Source: a virus (Duplodnaviria; Caudoviricetes). Taken from it: a stretch of 55,828 bases of DNA. A model generated the notes under the pieces. The model had not been told where the DNA came from and did no database searches. It was given only the letters and a program-made list of their open reading frames with translations. Both the position numbers and the translations under genes were made by a program. The number at the start of each line of letters is the position of its first letter. Positions within the stretch are counted from its first letter, which is position 1. This document shows positions 27,607-40,300 of this stretch, piece by piece. The stretch lies in IMG/VR virus record IMGVR_UViG_3300025168_011824, positions 1-55,828 of that record, one strand, 5' to 3'.

Positions 27607-30600
27607 TTAGTAAGGGGTAGGTTGATTGTTTGATATATTGACATCTGTGGATGGTTTTATAAAGTAGTAAGTTGATGGTGTCATTTTAAATGGTATTCTT
27701 TCTGTTTCGCTTTTGGTTTTAATAATGTTATTATCAATTAGAGGATATTCTCTATATGATACTAAATTATAGGTATAGTCCCCAGGTCCTGGAACATTAA
27801 TGTTCATTATAATATTTTGTGGTCCTGAAGTACCTCTAGGTAGTTTAGTAGTTTGGGTATACACCGTTGTTCCCGTACTATCATAAACCAATAAATTAAC
27901 TTCCTCATTATTTCTAACATTAGTTGTAACCTCACAATTAACTTGTGGATTATTTGTGTTGGCAATACCAGACACTGTTAAGTTAGTATAATAAAACACT
28001 ATTAGTCTATCTCCCGGTACTATTCCACCAGGATTTTGTACTGAAAGTATTTGTATTTTTCTAGGTCCTACTTGTTTAAAGTCACTATCAGCATATAAAA
28101 CAGTACCGTTAAACACTAAACCTATATCACCTAAAGGGGTGTAATCTAGATTTATGTTATAATATATATTTTTATAATATAAAGTACTTGTTTTTGCGGA
28201 AGTTACTCCACTTGCCGGAACATTAATGTATTGGGAATAAGTACTTTGACTTGTTGTGTTAGGCACATAAAATATATTTATTAAATCCCCATCAGCTAAT
28301 GTATTTTTCTTTATAGAAAGGGTACGACCGTCACTATAAAAATCCCCATCAGTCATAGAGGTATTAAATGCTTTAAATAGGGTAATACCATTTACTGTGA
28401 CTTGCATATTACCATCACTTTGGTAATCTAAAGGTAATATAAATGTTCTGTCTGGAACTGATACTGTAGTTGCCGTGGTAGCTGTTGTACCGGTTACTAC
28501 TGCCATTCTTTGGTTGTACACCTCACACGAATTAATCGTATCTGGTAAGTCAAATGAGTTAGTTTCTATGTTTGCCATTCCCGGTTTACTTACAAGAATT
28601 AAATAATAATCCCTATCTCTATCATATATACCATATTCAATAGTTGGGGTTGGGTTTAAATCTAATGTGTCAAACCAAGTAGCTGTGGTACCTGATACTC
28701 TATTTACTTTACATCCACTATAATAAATGTCTTGTAACTTATCTTTAATTATAGAACTTGGTTTAATACAGTATTCCCAGAAATCTTCACATGGAAAATT
28801 AGAAATAGGTACTTCATCACTTCCTTCAGTGTAAATAGCGGTCGTTCCTGATAATTTAGTGGTTACATTATCAAATATCCTACTAACTAATGGAACATTT
28901 AAAAATTCACCATATTCTGGTACATAAGGAAATATAGAATATTTAGCATACGCATTATTATTTCTCATTTCTGCAGTTTCAGTAACCCACCTTAATTTTA
29001 AAGGTACTTCTTGTATTTCATCACAGTAATAAACATAATATCGTTTTGCTGCTATATCTATTTTAGTCGCACCTGTTATGTCTACTTGAGGTTCTAGGTA
29101 GGTTTGCATTTCTACCTTAATCGATGGTCTGATAACAGGGACCTCAGGTCTTCCTGGATAAGCACCACCAAAACTATTATTCCAATCATCATTAACTGGA
29201 TTGGTGTGGGAAACATTTAAAGTTTTACTATTATATAATTCAAAATATGAAGATTTACTCACACCTGCTTTTGTAGCTACCACTTCAAAATTACTTTGGT
29301 AACCTGTAAAAGCTATATCAAAGAATTGTGTTTGTGGTTGTGATGATGTGTTATAACCATAACTTTGTGACCCTAAAAATTTATTTAATTCGGTTCCTGT
29401 TACTAAATCTGATTTAACAGATGTGGTTCTTCCGGTCCATGTTGTTGAATTTAATAAAGAAAAATTTAACTCATAATCAGGGTTATAATCGTTTGTTTGA
29501 CCAATAAAACTAGAAGCGTGTGTTTGTGTAGCTCCTGTATTACCCATTGTATCAGTCATTTGTATTTTAAATAACTCACCTTGTTGTCCACTTCTTGTTA
29601 CTTTTACTCTTACATTACCTTGTGCGTTAAAATTATTACCAGAAACAAATCTATACGGACTTGGTGAGGTACTTAGTGTACTTGTAAAAGTACTATTCCA
29701 TGGTTGTTCATTATTTATTGATGAAAATGCTGATGCACTATTTCCATAGTTATAAAGTAAATTAATTGAAGGTGCTGAAGCACCATTTTTATTAGAAAAA
29801 GCTAGAGCTAAATTGTGAGAAACATTTTTAGGTCCATATTCACCCAAATTATCTCTAAACCAGGCTAAATATAACCCTATAGTGTCATCGTCAGTGTCAG
29901 TAGAACCTAATGTTACTTCATGTGTATAGTTCAAATATGAACAACTACTAATAAATCCATTTGCAATTCCCGAATTACTTGTACATTGAATCATACACGA
30001 CCCTACACCGTTATCCATTTGTTTTGTTTTAGCACTTACTACGGTATTATTCGTTCCACTAATGGTAAATTGATTATTAGTTATTGGTTGACATCCCCAG
30101 TTTGTACTAGAGGTTAAACCTGTAGCTGCAGATGGGTTAGCTTCTTTTCCTTGGTTATTTCTTGGATTGTATGTTACCCATTGGTAATTGGAACCCACAA
30201 CTGCGGTGTAGAATAACACTACAAACCTTTTTATTTTAGTACTCCAATAAAATGTACCTGCATTAGCAATGGTTTTAGATATTGCTGTTGGACCCACATC
30301 TTGACCTTCATAAGCAGCTTGTTGTACTAAAGGGACATTTGGTTGGTACCAGTCTTTGGAGCTGTTTGTTAAACGAGTTGCTGTGGCTCCAGTGTAAAAC
30401 CAAAAATAGGGTGCATACGCACTATAGTCCTCTATAACTTTATCCACCACTAAGGGTGACTCCTCATCTTCATAAAGTACAGATTTTTCACTTTTTGCTT
30501 CGGAAACCGTATAATAGTCTAGTTCTTCCTTAGACCTAGAGGTTTCTTCGCCATCCTTTTTAACAGTACTTTTACTTTCATCAACACCTGTTGTAGCTAA

Positions 30601-31329
30601 ACCATTTGTTATGTACCACGCTCCTTCTCCATCAGTAAAATCAGTAAAGAACATTTTCTCCTCAAAGTACCCTGTTGGGTATGTTGCTGCTGGACCATGA
30701 AAATATAATGAATTGTTGGCTTGTACTGCTACTCTTGTCCAATTTTCCACAATAGTAGAAGCTGACATATTTCCAGTTGTAGTATTGGTTGCACCACAAC
30801 CGGATACTGATGTGGATTCATATGTGTAAAAATTCCCATCATGAGCGGTTACAGTATACCCACCCTCTGTTAAATTTTTAAATGTGTGAGGATGATTACC
30901 GGAACCTATGTAGGTTACCGTATCCTCCAATGTACCATCTTTAAATAAGTTATATTTAACTTCTGGTTGTGTATGGGTGAAGGTGTGAACTTTTATCTGA
31001 CAATATTTAGAGGCATTAGTCATACAACTATTGTCAATAACTGAGGCAGATAGACTCACTGGGGGTATATTACCTATTATGACAACCTCAGTACTGGCAG
31101 AACCGTAAACATCGGTTACCGTACCTGAATACGCTCCTGCACATAAAGTTGTTAATGTTGTAGTGTTTGCGGTATAAGAAGACGGCCCAACCCAACTAAG
31201 GGTATATGGTCCAGTTCCACCTTCCAAAACTAAATTAGTTATAGACCCAGTACACGACCCACTTACAGTGTAAGTAACACTATAAGAATTAAATGTGGGT
31301 ATTGGGTTTGTTTGTATTCTAAGTGCCAT
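27607..31329 (-). CDS. tail fibre/adhesin-like protein (1240 aa) with SprB-like repeats
   Basis: GGTGPYTLSW...LCAGAYSGTVTD and FKNLTEGGYTVTAHD repeats; two C-terminal LDY...NG...DF...GD.I..FY repeats. Confidence 0.7.
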   Translation of the reverse strand: MALRIQTNPIPTFNSYSVTYTVSGSCTGSITNLVLEGGTGPYTLSWVGPSSYTANTTTLTTLCAGAYSGTVTDVYGSASTEVVIIGNIPPVSLSASVIDNSCMTNASKYCQIKVHTFTHTQPEVKYNLFKDGTLEDTVTYIGSGNHPHTFKNLTEGGYTVTAHDGNFYTYESTSVSGCGATNTTTGNMSASTIVENWTRVAVQANNSLYFHGPAATYPTGYFEEKMFFTDFTDGEGAWYITNGLATTGVDESKSTVKKDGEETSRSKEELDYYTVSEAKSEKSVLYEDEESPLVVDKVIEDYSAYAPYFWFYTGATATRLTNSSKDWYQPNVPLVQQAAYEGQDVGPTAISKTIANAGTFYWSTKIKRFVVLFYTAVVGSNYQWVTYNPRNNQGKEANPSAATGLTSSTNWGCQPITNNQFTISGTNNTVVSAKTKQMDNGVGSCMIQCTSNSGIANGFISSCSYLNYTHEVTLGSTDTDDDTIGLYLAWFRDNLGEYGPKNVSHNLALAFSNKNGASAPSINLLYNYGNSASAFSSINNEQPWNSTFTSTLSTSPSPYRFVSGNNFNAQGNVRVKVTRSGQQGELFKIQMTDTMGNTGATQTHASSFIGQTNDYNPDYELNFSLLNSTTWTGRTTSVKSDLVTGTELNKFLGSQSYGYNTSSQPQTQFFDIAFTGYQSNFEVVATKAGVSKSSYFELYNSKTLNVSHTNPVNDDWNNSFGGAYPGRPEVPVIRPSIKVEMQTYLEPQVDITGATKIDIAAKRYYVYYCDEIQEVPLKLRWVTETAEMRNNNAYAKYSIFPYVPEYGEFLNVPLVSRIFDNVTTKLSGTTAIYTEGSDEVPISNFPCEDFWEYCIKPSSIIKDKLQDIYYSGCKVNRVSGTTATWFDTLDLNPTPTIEYGIYDRDRDYYLILVSKPGMANIETNSFDLPDTINSCEVYNQRMAVVTGTTATTATTVSVPDRTFILPLDYQSDGNMQVTVNGITLFKAFNTSMTDGDFYSDGRTLSIKKNTLADGDLINIFYVPNTTSQSTYSQYINVPASGVTSAKTSTLYYKNIYYNINLDYTPLGDIGLVFNGTVLYADSDFKQVGPRKIQILSVQNPGGIVPGDRLIVFYYTNLTVSGIANTNNPQVNCEVTTNVRNNEEVNLLVYDSTGTTVYTQTTKLPRGTSGPQNIIMNINVPGPGDYTYNLVSYREYPLIDNNIIKTKSETERIPFKMTPSTYYFIKPSTDVNISNNQPTPY

Positions 31330-31331
31330 AT

Positions 31332-34300
31332 TTAATATCTATTATTTCCAGCTATAGTATTTCTACCTATTGGGGTGTTTATACCTAGGGATTTTAACTT
31401 TCCTACCATAAGTTGGTTTGGTCTTACCGCTTTACAAAATTCTTGACATTTTCGTCCACAAAGCTTATTGTTCTTACAATTAAGTTTTTTATCTGCTATC
31501 ACTTTACCTTCATTTTTTACTCTACATTCACATATTGAGGTATATTCTTCTTGAGCCTCAACACTGTTGTAAAGATTGTATTCGTTAGTTCTAATAGTAA
31601 TAGGTTCTCCGTCAATAATAAGGTCGCTCAAACTAAAGTACATTTTTCTTTCAGTTTGATTTCTATTTTGTACAATATAATCTCTTCCAGTTCCTACAGC
31701 ACCTGGGTTACCAAATAATGTCGTACCATTAAAGTAATTAATCGTAGTGTCTGGATTGTCTTTATAGTAAACCATATGTGAAAATTTATTACTAGTTCCT
31801 TTAATTTGGAATATCGTTTCTACTAAATAAGTGTGTTGGTAATTAGGAAAAGCCGGTGTTTCACCCACAAACTGTTCAAATCTTGGCATCGTCCAATAAG
31901 TTGTCATTCCATTATATGTAAAAGGTTTAGTGCCATATGGTTGTAAAGCATCTGTAAACCCTCCATTTAATAGTGTTTCATTCCACCTTGATGATTGTCC
32001 TTTAGCTATTCCTAACTCAAATTTACCTCTATATTTTTTAGAGACATCCAAATATGTCAGATTAAATATGTCTTTTTTATTGTTGATTGGTGGACTATAA
32101 ATTAATGGTTCATTTTCAAACATTGTGGTTACAAATAAACTTCCTCTTTCTTTTCCTTTATATTTTACTCCTTTATTCCACCAAACTAAATCTGGACCAT
32201 AATTATCCACATCCCAAACTAAACCTACACTCTGTTTTTTTGTATTACATGCGTCCACAGTTACTCTATACCAAGGATATCTAGTTTCATCATTTATTGT
32301 TTTTGTACCTAATCTTAAATTAAGTGATGTTGTACCACTCAATTTAGTAGAACTACTCCAATTTACACTATGTTTTAATCTTATTTCGTCACCCGCATTT
32401 AATTTAATACATTTAGTATCTAAATTAACATCACAAATTTTACTAAACACATGACCTACCTGTCCACTAACTACTGGATAACCACATGTTGTTCCTGATA
32501 TATTATAAGTGTCTGAAATTAAATCACCCGGAGTAACATCTAAAGTTAAAAATTTATCAGCTGTAGGGCAAACCTGTGGATTATTCCCCACAACATATTG
32601 TGTTAGAGTTATTGCAGAAGTAGAACCACTTAATTTTCTTTCAATCCATATATCAGCTTTAAGATGGTCTATACCTCTATATTGTGAAAATCCAAAACTA
32701 GGTGTAACTCTAAAATACGGTGAAATATTTGTGAATGGGTTGGAGTCGTATCCTTCTTGCGTTGTTACATCAATTCCTCCACCAGCGTACAATATAGAAC
32801 TATTAACTAAATTTTTATAATGGTAATCATTAGATGGGTAACTATAGTTTGTGTAGATTTTGTAGTAATTTCTTAAGTACTCACACCATCCTGTATCGTA
32901 ATAGTCAAATGTAAGAGCTCCTTGATATTGGAATCTATACTCTCCTGTGGTTAAAATTTTATAGTGTATGTAATCATTATCTATATTAACTTGTTTATAT
33001 AGTGGTCCACCATTATCACTTAAAACTTCTGGTTTTACACAAGCTGCATTTATTGTGTTCTGTGCTCCTTGTAATATTGCACCTGACGCTGTAGGTCCGT
33101 TCATTGGTATTACTGTTGTACCTGTAAATCCACTGAAATTATAGACTAAGTCAAATGTTAAATCACTATTAAGTGTATTATTTGTACTTCCACTATTATA
33201 AATTCCTAAATTGGTGTAACCTGTATATTGTGTTGTAAGTCCACTTAGTTGGTTGTGTTGTGTTCTAAATGTTTTCCAATCCCCATATGTTGTTGCTAAC
33301 ATCTCAACATTTAGACTTTGGAGTGGAGTATATAGGTTATTTCCATTTTCATCAATACCTAGTGCTGTTGTGTAATCTTTTCTTATTTCAAAATAATCTA
33401 GTTTACCGTCCCTTCTGTAGTTTGCGTAACTATTACTAAAGACATCATTACCCAAACTTCTTTCTACCCAATCATTTAAATTTTTATATTTTACAAAGTT
33501 CTGGTGGAAAGAATTTGTAGGTGTATTTGTACCTACAGTAGCAGCAGACAAACTAAAATTCAATTCAGTTGCGAGTGAAGGTACTACTTGTGTTTTAGAA
33601 CTAGACCTTTCATCGTTTCCAGCACCTAAAGTTGTAGTATAGCTAGGATTGTATAAGCTATAAGATTCTACATTACCAATTTGTTTAGAGGTAAGACTAT
33701 ATTCAAAACCATCTCTAACTGCTTGATTTCTAAAAAATACTTGTGTTGTGTGGTTAGGGTAAGCTTGTACAATAGTAGAAAACCAATTTAATTTAACTTT
33801 TTCATAACCTTGGTTATCGGTATACATTAAAGAAGTTCTGGTCGCAATCTTAGTAGTGGTATCAACTATAACATTAATTGAACTATGATTATAAGGTAAT
33901 TCTATCCCACTTTTATAAGGGGCATCATTTAGAACCGCGTATATATTACCATCCACTATTTCATAATCTTCTGTATCCACAGAAGGATGATATCTATTGA
34001 AATATTGTTGGTAATTAAACTCTAACAGTCCTCCCTCACCAGCTAATTGTGTTAAAGAACTATTCATTAATGAACTTATTTCGTTTTTAATCTCTGTTTT
34101 AGTACCATCTAATGGTTTTAATTCTAATATTGGGGCCAGTACGTTAGTTGGACACGGCTTACCACTAGGAATATCATTGTCTATGGTATTTATACCACCG
34201 TAATCTACTATTGTATCGTTAAATTCTATAGCGTCTGCTGGTAAACCATTACAGATTAAGTTTATTTCTATCTGATAACCATATTTACGATTACCATCAA

Positions 34301-37300
34301 GTGAAAAATTAGTAAATATATTTTCTAAATCTTGGAACGTCATTAAATCACCCGAACTAGAGTTACCCCAATATGCTGGATGAGTCATAAATGTCGCACC
34401 TAATGCACCACTTAATTGATACAACCCAAAGAAATCTTTTGTTTTAGAAGGAGCTAATTCTATAACTATTTCAGTGTTAGTAGCAACTAAAGGATTTAAT
34501 AAATCCATAGTAGGGTTATCCAAAGAAGAATTGTAAGAACTAAAAGTAACATATTCTTTTGGTATTCTTAAGAAACATCTATCTAGTGTTTCTCTATGCA
34601 TTCTATATAGGTATAGTTCTGTAGTTTCAGATAGTTCTATTTCCCATTTTCTCATTCCTAAATAAGTAGAATCGGAATATATATGATTTATTATTTCCAT
34701 TTTATCTCCTATACAACATGGAGTTACCATACCTATAGTGTCAGCTTTTATTTTACCTATTACTTGTTGTTTTAAACTTTTTGTAATGTAGGGCATACTA
34801 GTTTGTACTCTAGCTGTTCCATCAATTTTAAAGTCGTTGATTGAGTCTGGAAATAACATACTTAATCCATTCATAGCATCATACATTACACTTTTCCAAT
34901 CAGAATTCTTACAAATACACCTATTAAGATTACCAGGACTATTCATAACGGTTGATGAACGAGTAGACGCTCCTCCCATTGTGTTACCCATATCTAAATA
35001 ACGTGAATGTCCACCACCATATGGCCCGTTAGGTCTTATCCACGGATATGATGTATTACTAATAACACTAGGTGTAGCTGGTCTACCAGTACTTTCCAAT
35101 AAGCCGATATCACATGGGGACCAACAACGATAAGCGACAGCTCCTGAGAAACTATCTTGCATATTACAAATAGACCAATTAAATGGTTCTGTTATTGCAC
35201 ACATTTTAACCTCATACGTACATGCAGATGCAACCCATTCATAATAATAAGGTTCTAATAGATAGGATTGTCCAGCATTCTTAGTGTCAGCACCACAACA
35301 GACTTTAGTGTCACTATTAAAAAATAGTAAACTAGACGTTCCGGGATTTACACTTTTCCTATCTTCTACACCATCCGCAAAAACTCCAAAGAGTTGAGTG
35401 TCTGCAGACATTACGGTAGTATCACAATTACAAGGGTCTAAAAAGTCATCACCAACCCTATAACTTGAGTCAAAACAATCTTTACCCCCAATATTATAAA
35501 TTCCATCTTTAAATACTACGGGATTAGTTGTAAATCCTGTTCCTGAAAATTGTGGCACATCTGGTATTTCCACTAAATCAGTACAATCTTCTCTAGGTCT
35601 AAAATTATTACCTCCATCAAAACTCAGTGGTGATATTGATAAATTTTCCCATGTTTGTGTGTATCCACTACCACTAAAGAACCCACATATTGTATTTCCT
35701 GTGTAATTGGTTATAGCACCTATTGTTGGTTGTGCGGTATTACCACTAATTAAACTTTTATAACATTCACGACCATATTGTACAATCTGTCCAAGATTAT
35801 AAGATTCATCTACGTACCATTGATTATAATTTTTCGGTTCACATGGTTGGGTACAAATAGCTTCACAATATTCAAAATCACCAATAGAAAGTGTTGTATC
35901 ACCTTTTAAAAACTCAAGTAAGTCGTTGTTGAACTCGTCTCCAGTAAAGAATTCAGATTCATTTACGGATAAGAAAATTCCGTTTGGTGCACCTGGGCTA
36001 GTCCATGGTCCCGTACAAGGTGAACCAACTCTTTGGTTGTATTCTGTATGTGTGTGGTCATTACAACTAAGTTGGCCACGATATATATTAGGACTACCAC
36101 CAGGATAACCCACACATCCTTGATAACATGGTGACCCATATCCTAAATCTCCTATACCGTATTGACTATTGGAGCAATTTCTTATTAGTCTTTCATTGTT
36201 ATGACATGATTCTGGTACACCTTTAGGTTTCCAGTCCCAACCAAAATTCTTTAGTCCTGGGCCCATATATCCTGTATGAACATTAGTTCCACTTACACTC
36301 GTATATGGATTACTGGTTGTTATAGCGGATAATGTTCCACCTGCCGCAAGTACTGTTCCATTTTCTTTTAATAACTCTACACATGGCGACATATAAGTGT
36401 AAGCTGTAAAACCTGTAACACCAGGATTTAAACTACAGGTATCTCCAGTTTTACTGGTCCACTGACATACAGTATTACCAGTATAATTATCTTGGACTGA
36501 CCATTCTCTATATGGTGTATGTCCTGTTATTGTTGTCCCACCACTTAGATTATATTGGAAACATGTGTCTGTTGGATTGTTGGTAAATATGCATCCTGTG
36601 CACCACCCTGTTTCCATTGCCCCATAGACGTGTAAATTCATATCCATTCTTTGGGGTAAATTGTCAATCGTCATTGGGTACATTAGTCCCGCAAAATAAT
36701 CAAATGTCGCATGAGCGGCCATAAAATTATTAAAGTCGGTAGTGTAAGCTGCGGTTGGTTGTGCTACCCCACTACGATTCCAATCCGCTACTGAACCCAT
36801 AGGTGGTTCAGCAGTTGGTGCTCCTGCAAAACCCCATTGTGGTCCTTGTGCACCAGGAGTTGGGGGACCTTGATTTGGTGTTGCTCCAATTGTGTTGAAG
36901 ATACCAGCATTATCAGTAGTATAATAAGAGGTATCTGACTCATCTACAAAATTAATTATAATTACATCTTTTGAACCTCCAGTCCATAGTCCATGACTTC
37001 CTTGACCAAAGTTACCGTTAGGTGGCATGTTTGCATTTGGAACTTCGTCGGGCCAAACAGCAAATCCACCATTTTCAGGTTCACAAAATTTTCTAGGATT
37101 ACCTAAAAAATATTGGTTACCGGCATTACTCCAACATGGACTACAAGTGTCAGGTGCTATGGATGAGGTTCTAATGGCGTGTCCATCTGCTGGATAACTA
37201 GACCACCCTAACCATCTTTCATTGGCCGCTAAATCTCCAAAAAGAGGAATGTGATAGGTCTTACCACTCCAACCTGTTGTCCTCATACTGTCACTAAACG

Positions 37301-40300
37301 TATCAATGGAAGCTTTGGCTGCAAACATTGTATCTCCTGGTGTTGAGGTCGTATCGTAAAAGGCATATATATCTGTCTTTTTAGACGCAATACTAGCATA
37401 AACCCCATTAAGGTTAAGACATGCCTCTGCTAAAAATGTTCCTGGTGTGGGGCCATTTACTCCCCACATATCGGTACCACCACTACAACACCCTTGTACT
37501 ACAATAGTTCTAGGATTGTCAATAGATGGTATACCTGTAGTTGTATCGTCAAATACATAATAACTGAAACACTCACCAGTAATTCCACTTAATATGTTTA
37601 CCATATTATTTAACCATAAGTCTGTGGTTGGTATGTCACTTATAGTAGTACTACTATAGTAAATTGGGCCTGTATAACTATCACCATTAAGTGTAATCTT
37701 ATTAAACCAACCTGCTCCACTAAATGCAATTGAGTTGGATGCTAAATGACCATTTACTAATACTTCTTCAAATCTAGGTCCCACACATTCTACCCATGAA
37801 CCTAAACATTCTAAATCATCACAAACTGGTTCATGTTTATATGCGTATTTGTATCTATGGAATGCTGAATTTTCTATTTTTGTACCACCCTGCCAAATAG
37901 TTGTTGCTGGTATCATTTGTTCCACTAATCTCACCCAATAATCTCCCATGTTATCAACAAACTCTAACATTTTTTCGTAGGTATATTGATTATTTGGTAT
38001 TCCACATACAGACTTACTATTTAGATAGTCTAGGTATACCATTTGAAGTGTTGGGTATCCACCACCGTGTCCATCATCTATTGTTTGTCTATTTTTTACA
38101 TTTACGTGAATCTTCCAAAAACTTTCAGCAAATTCAAAAAACGAAAGTTTAGATGCGTCTATTTGAATCGGTGTCCAATCTGGACCTACTGGGGGTGACG
38201 GATATAGTGGATTGAGGTCTACTAAAGGTTTTAAACCATATAGACATCCAAATTTATTAGAAGTATTCCAAACATCCCAAGTTAATCCTTGACCAATATT
38301 TAAAAATAAATCTACATTTTTAACATTTAAAATTTGTCTATCAGTGTGTGCATAATATTTTGTACCTCTTCCTCTAAGTATTGAAACTCTATTTTGTAGA
38401 TTTACAAAACTTTCATCTTGTTTTCTTTTTTCGGATATTACCCAAGATTTTTTATTATCTACTGTTCTAGATAAATCATAACCCTCATTCATATCTGGGA
38501 ACTTCCTTAAGTAGTCTAAGTATTTTTCACCGTATGTAAAAGGTGCGAATTGAGTAACAACTGAGGGGCTGTCACCAGTAAAAACTGATTTTTTCTCATC
38601 CACAATTCTAGAACTTTTATGTTCTGGTGTTCTCTCGAACCAACCAGCTCCTGCTTGGAAGTATCCATCTTTACTGAAAGTAGGAGGTATTGGATAACCG
38701 TCTTTACCTACTGGATATTCTTCCCGTATAGCTGTGACCTGTCTAGTAACAGCGGAAACTCCATAGGTGTAACCAGTAATAGTAATAGGTATAACACCTT
38801 GTGTTGGTGGTACCTCACTAAAGTATTGGTTTCTAACTGGGACATTTTCAGTGTACGTACCACCTGAAAAACTGTCTAATTTTTTATTAAATTTATCTAC
38901 GTTTATACGATTTCCAGCTAGATAAACATGTTCATTAAATTCAATTAACCCTTGTGGTGCACCTATTAATCTTAATAAAAATTCAATAGATTTTCTTGTT
39001 CCTTTAGATTTAAAAAGGTATGCGGTATTAACTAATATTTTTCTATATAACTCTATATTAAGTTCTGATGGAGTTTTATTAGTTGCAACTCCAGCAAACT
39101 CTTGTTTACCACCTCTACTAAATAGAGCGTCCATAAGGTCAACCTGTGCGATTGAGTTGGGTGTTCCCCACCCTAACATTTGTGCTAAATTCTTTAATAG
39201 GGTGTCTGGCACATTATGTATTTTATCATAACTGACATTTGTCATATACGCCAACCCATCTATGTATTTTTTTACTTCGTCAAAACTTCTACCATATATT
39301 TGTAATACCTTTTCAAATGCTTGGTCTTCTGTATCAAATTCTTTAAGTGCTCCTGTCGTTAAAAATCTAGATATTAAATTAGTTTTATAAGAATCATAAG
39401 TTATTGCAATATCATTAAGTGAATTTAAATATGTGGTGAATGAAAAACCATCAATTAAAATATTCCACTTATCCGTTAATGGCCAGGTTATACTTTTACT
39501 AGATTTAATTAATGCTCCAGTATTGGACTCTCTTAACATGTCGAATTTCGCGGTATAAAGTGGTATACTTTCCCTATTTAATAATATTTGTTCGATATCA
39601 CCTAATTCGTCAAAAGTCTCTTCAGTATTTAAGGTGTTAGGTCGTATTATAAATTCTTTACTTGTGAAAGTAGATGCACTAGTTGTAGCACTAAACGGAT
39701 TTCCATCTACACTTATAACAAGTGAGCCACTTACGTTGGATGGGGCTGGAGTAATATCTGTAATCGGATATTCATTGGACCCAATAAATAAACTGTATTT
39801 ACCAAATTCTTTTGTAAAGTTTCTAATTTCATTAACCCCATCAGTAGACCCCGTAAAGAATAAATTTCCAATTGTTGTAAATTCTATAGCGAATGGATTC
39901 TTAATTTGTAAAACATTAACATTTAATGTTGTTTCTTTATCAAAAGCATCATATAAAATATTAGTGGCTGTTAATCCTGTTAAGAAATCAGCTCTTACTT
40001 TTTCTACAGATAAACCAGCTGGAAAGTTTTTAACTATACTTTGAGTTGCGACTTTCATTCTTTCCGCTAAAGACCCATACAATGTAAAATCTGTTATTTT
40101 CTGTGGGTCATAATTAACAAAAGCTTTTAACTGGTTATTTGCAAGTACTTTTGTTTGGTCTGGATTTTGTAAATTAATCGTATCTAAAGTGATAGGTTTA
40201 GAAAAATTACCCAAAGAAAACTCCGTATTTTGTTTATCTGTTACAGAAACAGAAATTCCAAAATTTCCTAGTGTGAATTGGCTAGAGCCATCGGTAAACT

